From Octopus sinensis (Eukaryota): DNA of 64,000 nucleotides. The stretch spans positions 15,140,464 through 15,204,463 of the forward strand of contig NC_043011.1 in the NCBI RefSeq assembly GCF_006345805.1. Reading direction: 5' to 3'. Numbering within the stretch: the first letter of the stretch is position 1; each line of letters opens with the position of its first letter. Positions 62,469 through 64,000 of the stretch are shown in pieces. The translations under genes and the position numbers were made by a program. Below the pieces are notes generated by a model. It saw only the letters and a list, made by a program, of their open reading frames with translations. It did not search any database and was not told where the DNA came from.

Positions 62469-63124
62469 CACCGACAAAACCTTAATTGAATTTTAAAGGA
62501 AGAGATGGAGAAGAAAAAAAAATGGAATACAATAAAATGGTTTTATTGTCAATAGTATCACCATGATATACGCATGGAAATGTTGCTCATAAATTTAGAA
62601 TATAGCTGATAATATTGAATATCGATGAATGCTAATAACAGGATATCAAGTTTTAAGTATCTGCAATTGTAATCGCTAGTTTTTTTATTATTCACTCCAC
62701 AGGAATGTCTGCAATACCAATACGTACTTAAACACATATATACATACATACATACATACATACATACATACATACATACATACAGAAACACAGAAACGCA
62801 TACATAAATACATAAATACATACATACATATATACATACAGAAACACAGAAACACATACATAAATACATACATACATACATACATACATACATGCGTGTT
62901 TGTGTATGAGAGAGAGTGATTGTATGTGAGTGTGTATGTGTGAGCTTGCATGGGTTGTTATTATAGTGATTTAAACATATTAAAAATTTAATCTAAAGTC
63001 TCAGAGAAAAAAAAGTCATATAACCACGTTATTTACTCATTGAGGCCAGATCGCGTGTTTACGTCACCCCCACACATTATGCATATACACACACACAAAC
63101 ACACATACATATACGCGCACGAAC

Positions 63125-63167
<43 letters not shown>

Positions 63168-63469
63168 TCAATTCTCGTTCTTTTGGCTAAGGTGAAACTG
63201 TATATATGTACACACATACAAACACATATATATGCGTACATAGTATTCATGCACACATATATACATTCATACACACTTGCACATACATATCTTTTTGTGC
63301 TTATGTATATATAAGATTGTTACGATCAAAATGAGAATATTTGAAACGTAGTTAACTCTGTGACTACGCCTTTCATACTGCAGAAAAGATATCCAGCTAT
63401 ACTAATCATTGGAGTGTGTCGGAGATCTGAACCTAATATTCATGGACAGAGTAGTGTAATATGGTGATA

Positions 63470-63932
63470 TCAAGTTCTATTTCAACAAACGTTGAAACAA
63501 GAGATAGTTATCGTAACATATTACGTATTTGTTAGAAACTGTTCTGGGTGAGTTATTTCCCTTTGGGTTAGCAAAAGTAACGGTAAAATAGGTGATACGT
63601 GTTAAAATGAGCGTACCGAAAAATTTAAAACAGAGGGTTACCCACTCGCAAACAAATGTGGTAACATGTAACATTATTGACCGAGGTTACCGTGGTCTTT
63701 TCCGTAGGCTTTTCTTTCCACGGATAAATCTTATCTGCTTCCCCCTTTATACTTTACATCATGACATTTCTGTGATACACGATCCCTATTGATCTTTTCT
63801 TTTTTTTTCTTTCCCTTTTACGATCCCTTTTGATCGAAAACCTACCCCACTTTTTTTTTCTCCCCAAAAGAAAAGTTCTAGTTTGTAATCTGTCCTGTCT
63901 GTGTGCAGCCCTGTGTGACTAATAAAGAAACA
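63470..63932 (+). mobile_element. 3' end of a second copy of the L1/Tx1-clade LINE family
   Basis: Homologous to the reverse complement of 59571-60150 (AAACAGAGGGTTACCCACT..GGTTACCGTGGTCTTTT..TCTGTGTGCAGCCCTGTGTG..AATAAAGAAAC). Confidence 0.88.

Positions 63933-64000
<68 letters not shown>
63933..64000. repeat. (TATC)n microsatellite
   Basis: Directly visible. Confidence 0.95.

Overview
AT-rich, microsatellite-saturated animal DNA, intergenic or intronic. It is almost certainly from an octopus: the tRNA-derived SINEs resemble the described Octopus SINEs, and the (CATA)n/(TA)n/(TTA)n density and TE mix fit; the species cannot be fixed. No intact host gene is visible, and most ORF-track entries are microsatellite artefacts. 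The window is a layered transposon graveyard containing: three copies of a ~425-bp TIR MITE carrying (TTAGGG)n; at least four SINE families; RTE, R4/Dong-type and L1/Tx1-clade LINE remnants; several Penelope-like elements (PLEs), plus hairpin mini-elements with hammerhead-ribozyme motifs; mariner, Tc1-like and maT-like transposase remnants; a 112-bp LTR family; and two large AAACCGG-satellite palindromes. The best candidates for undescribed systems are: (1) the dominant SINE shares its 3' tail with the L1/Tx1-clade LINE in the window and forms dimers at one fixed internal GGTAT junction; (2) hammerhead-bearing PLE foldbacks sit in (TA)n tracts; (3) a miniature LTR family with a tRNA-Ser primer site; (4) a palindrome-linked rearrangement of a Tc1-like element. 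All family assignments come from reading motifs by eye, without database searches.
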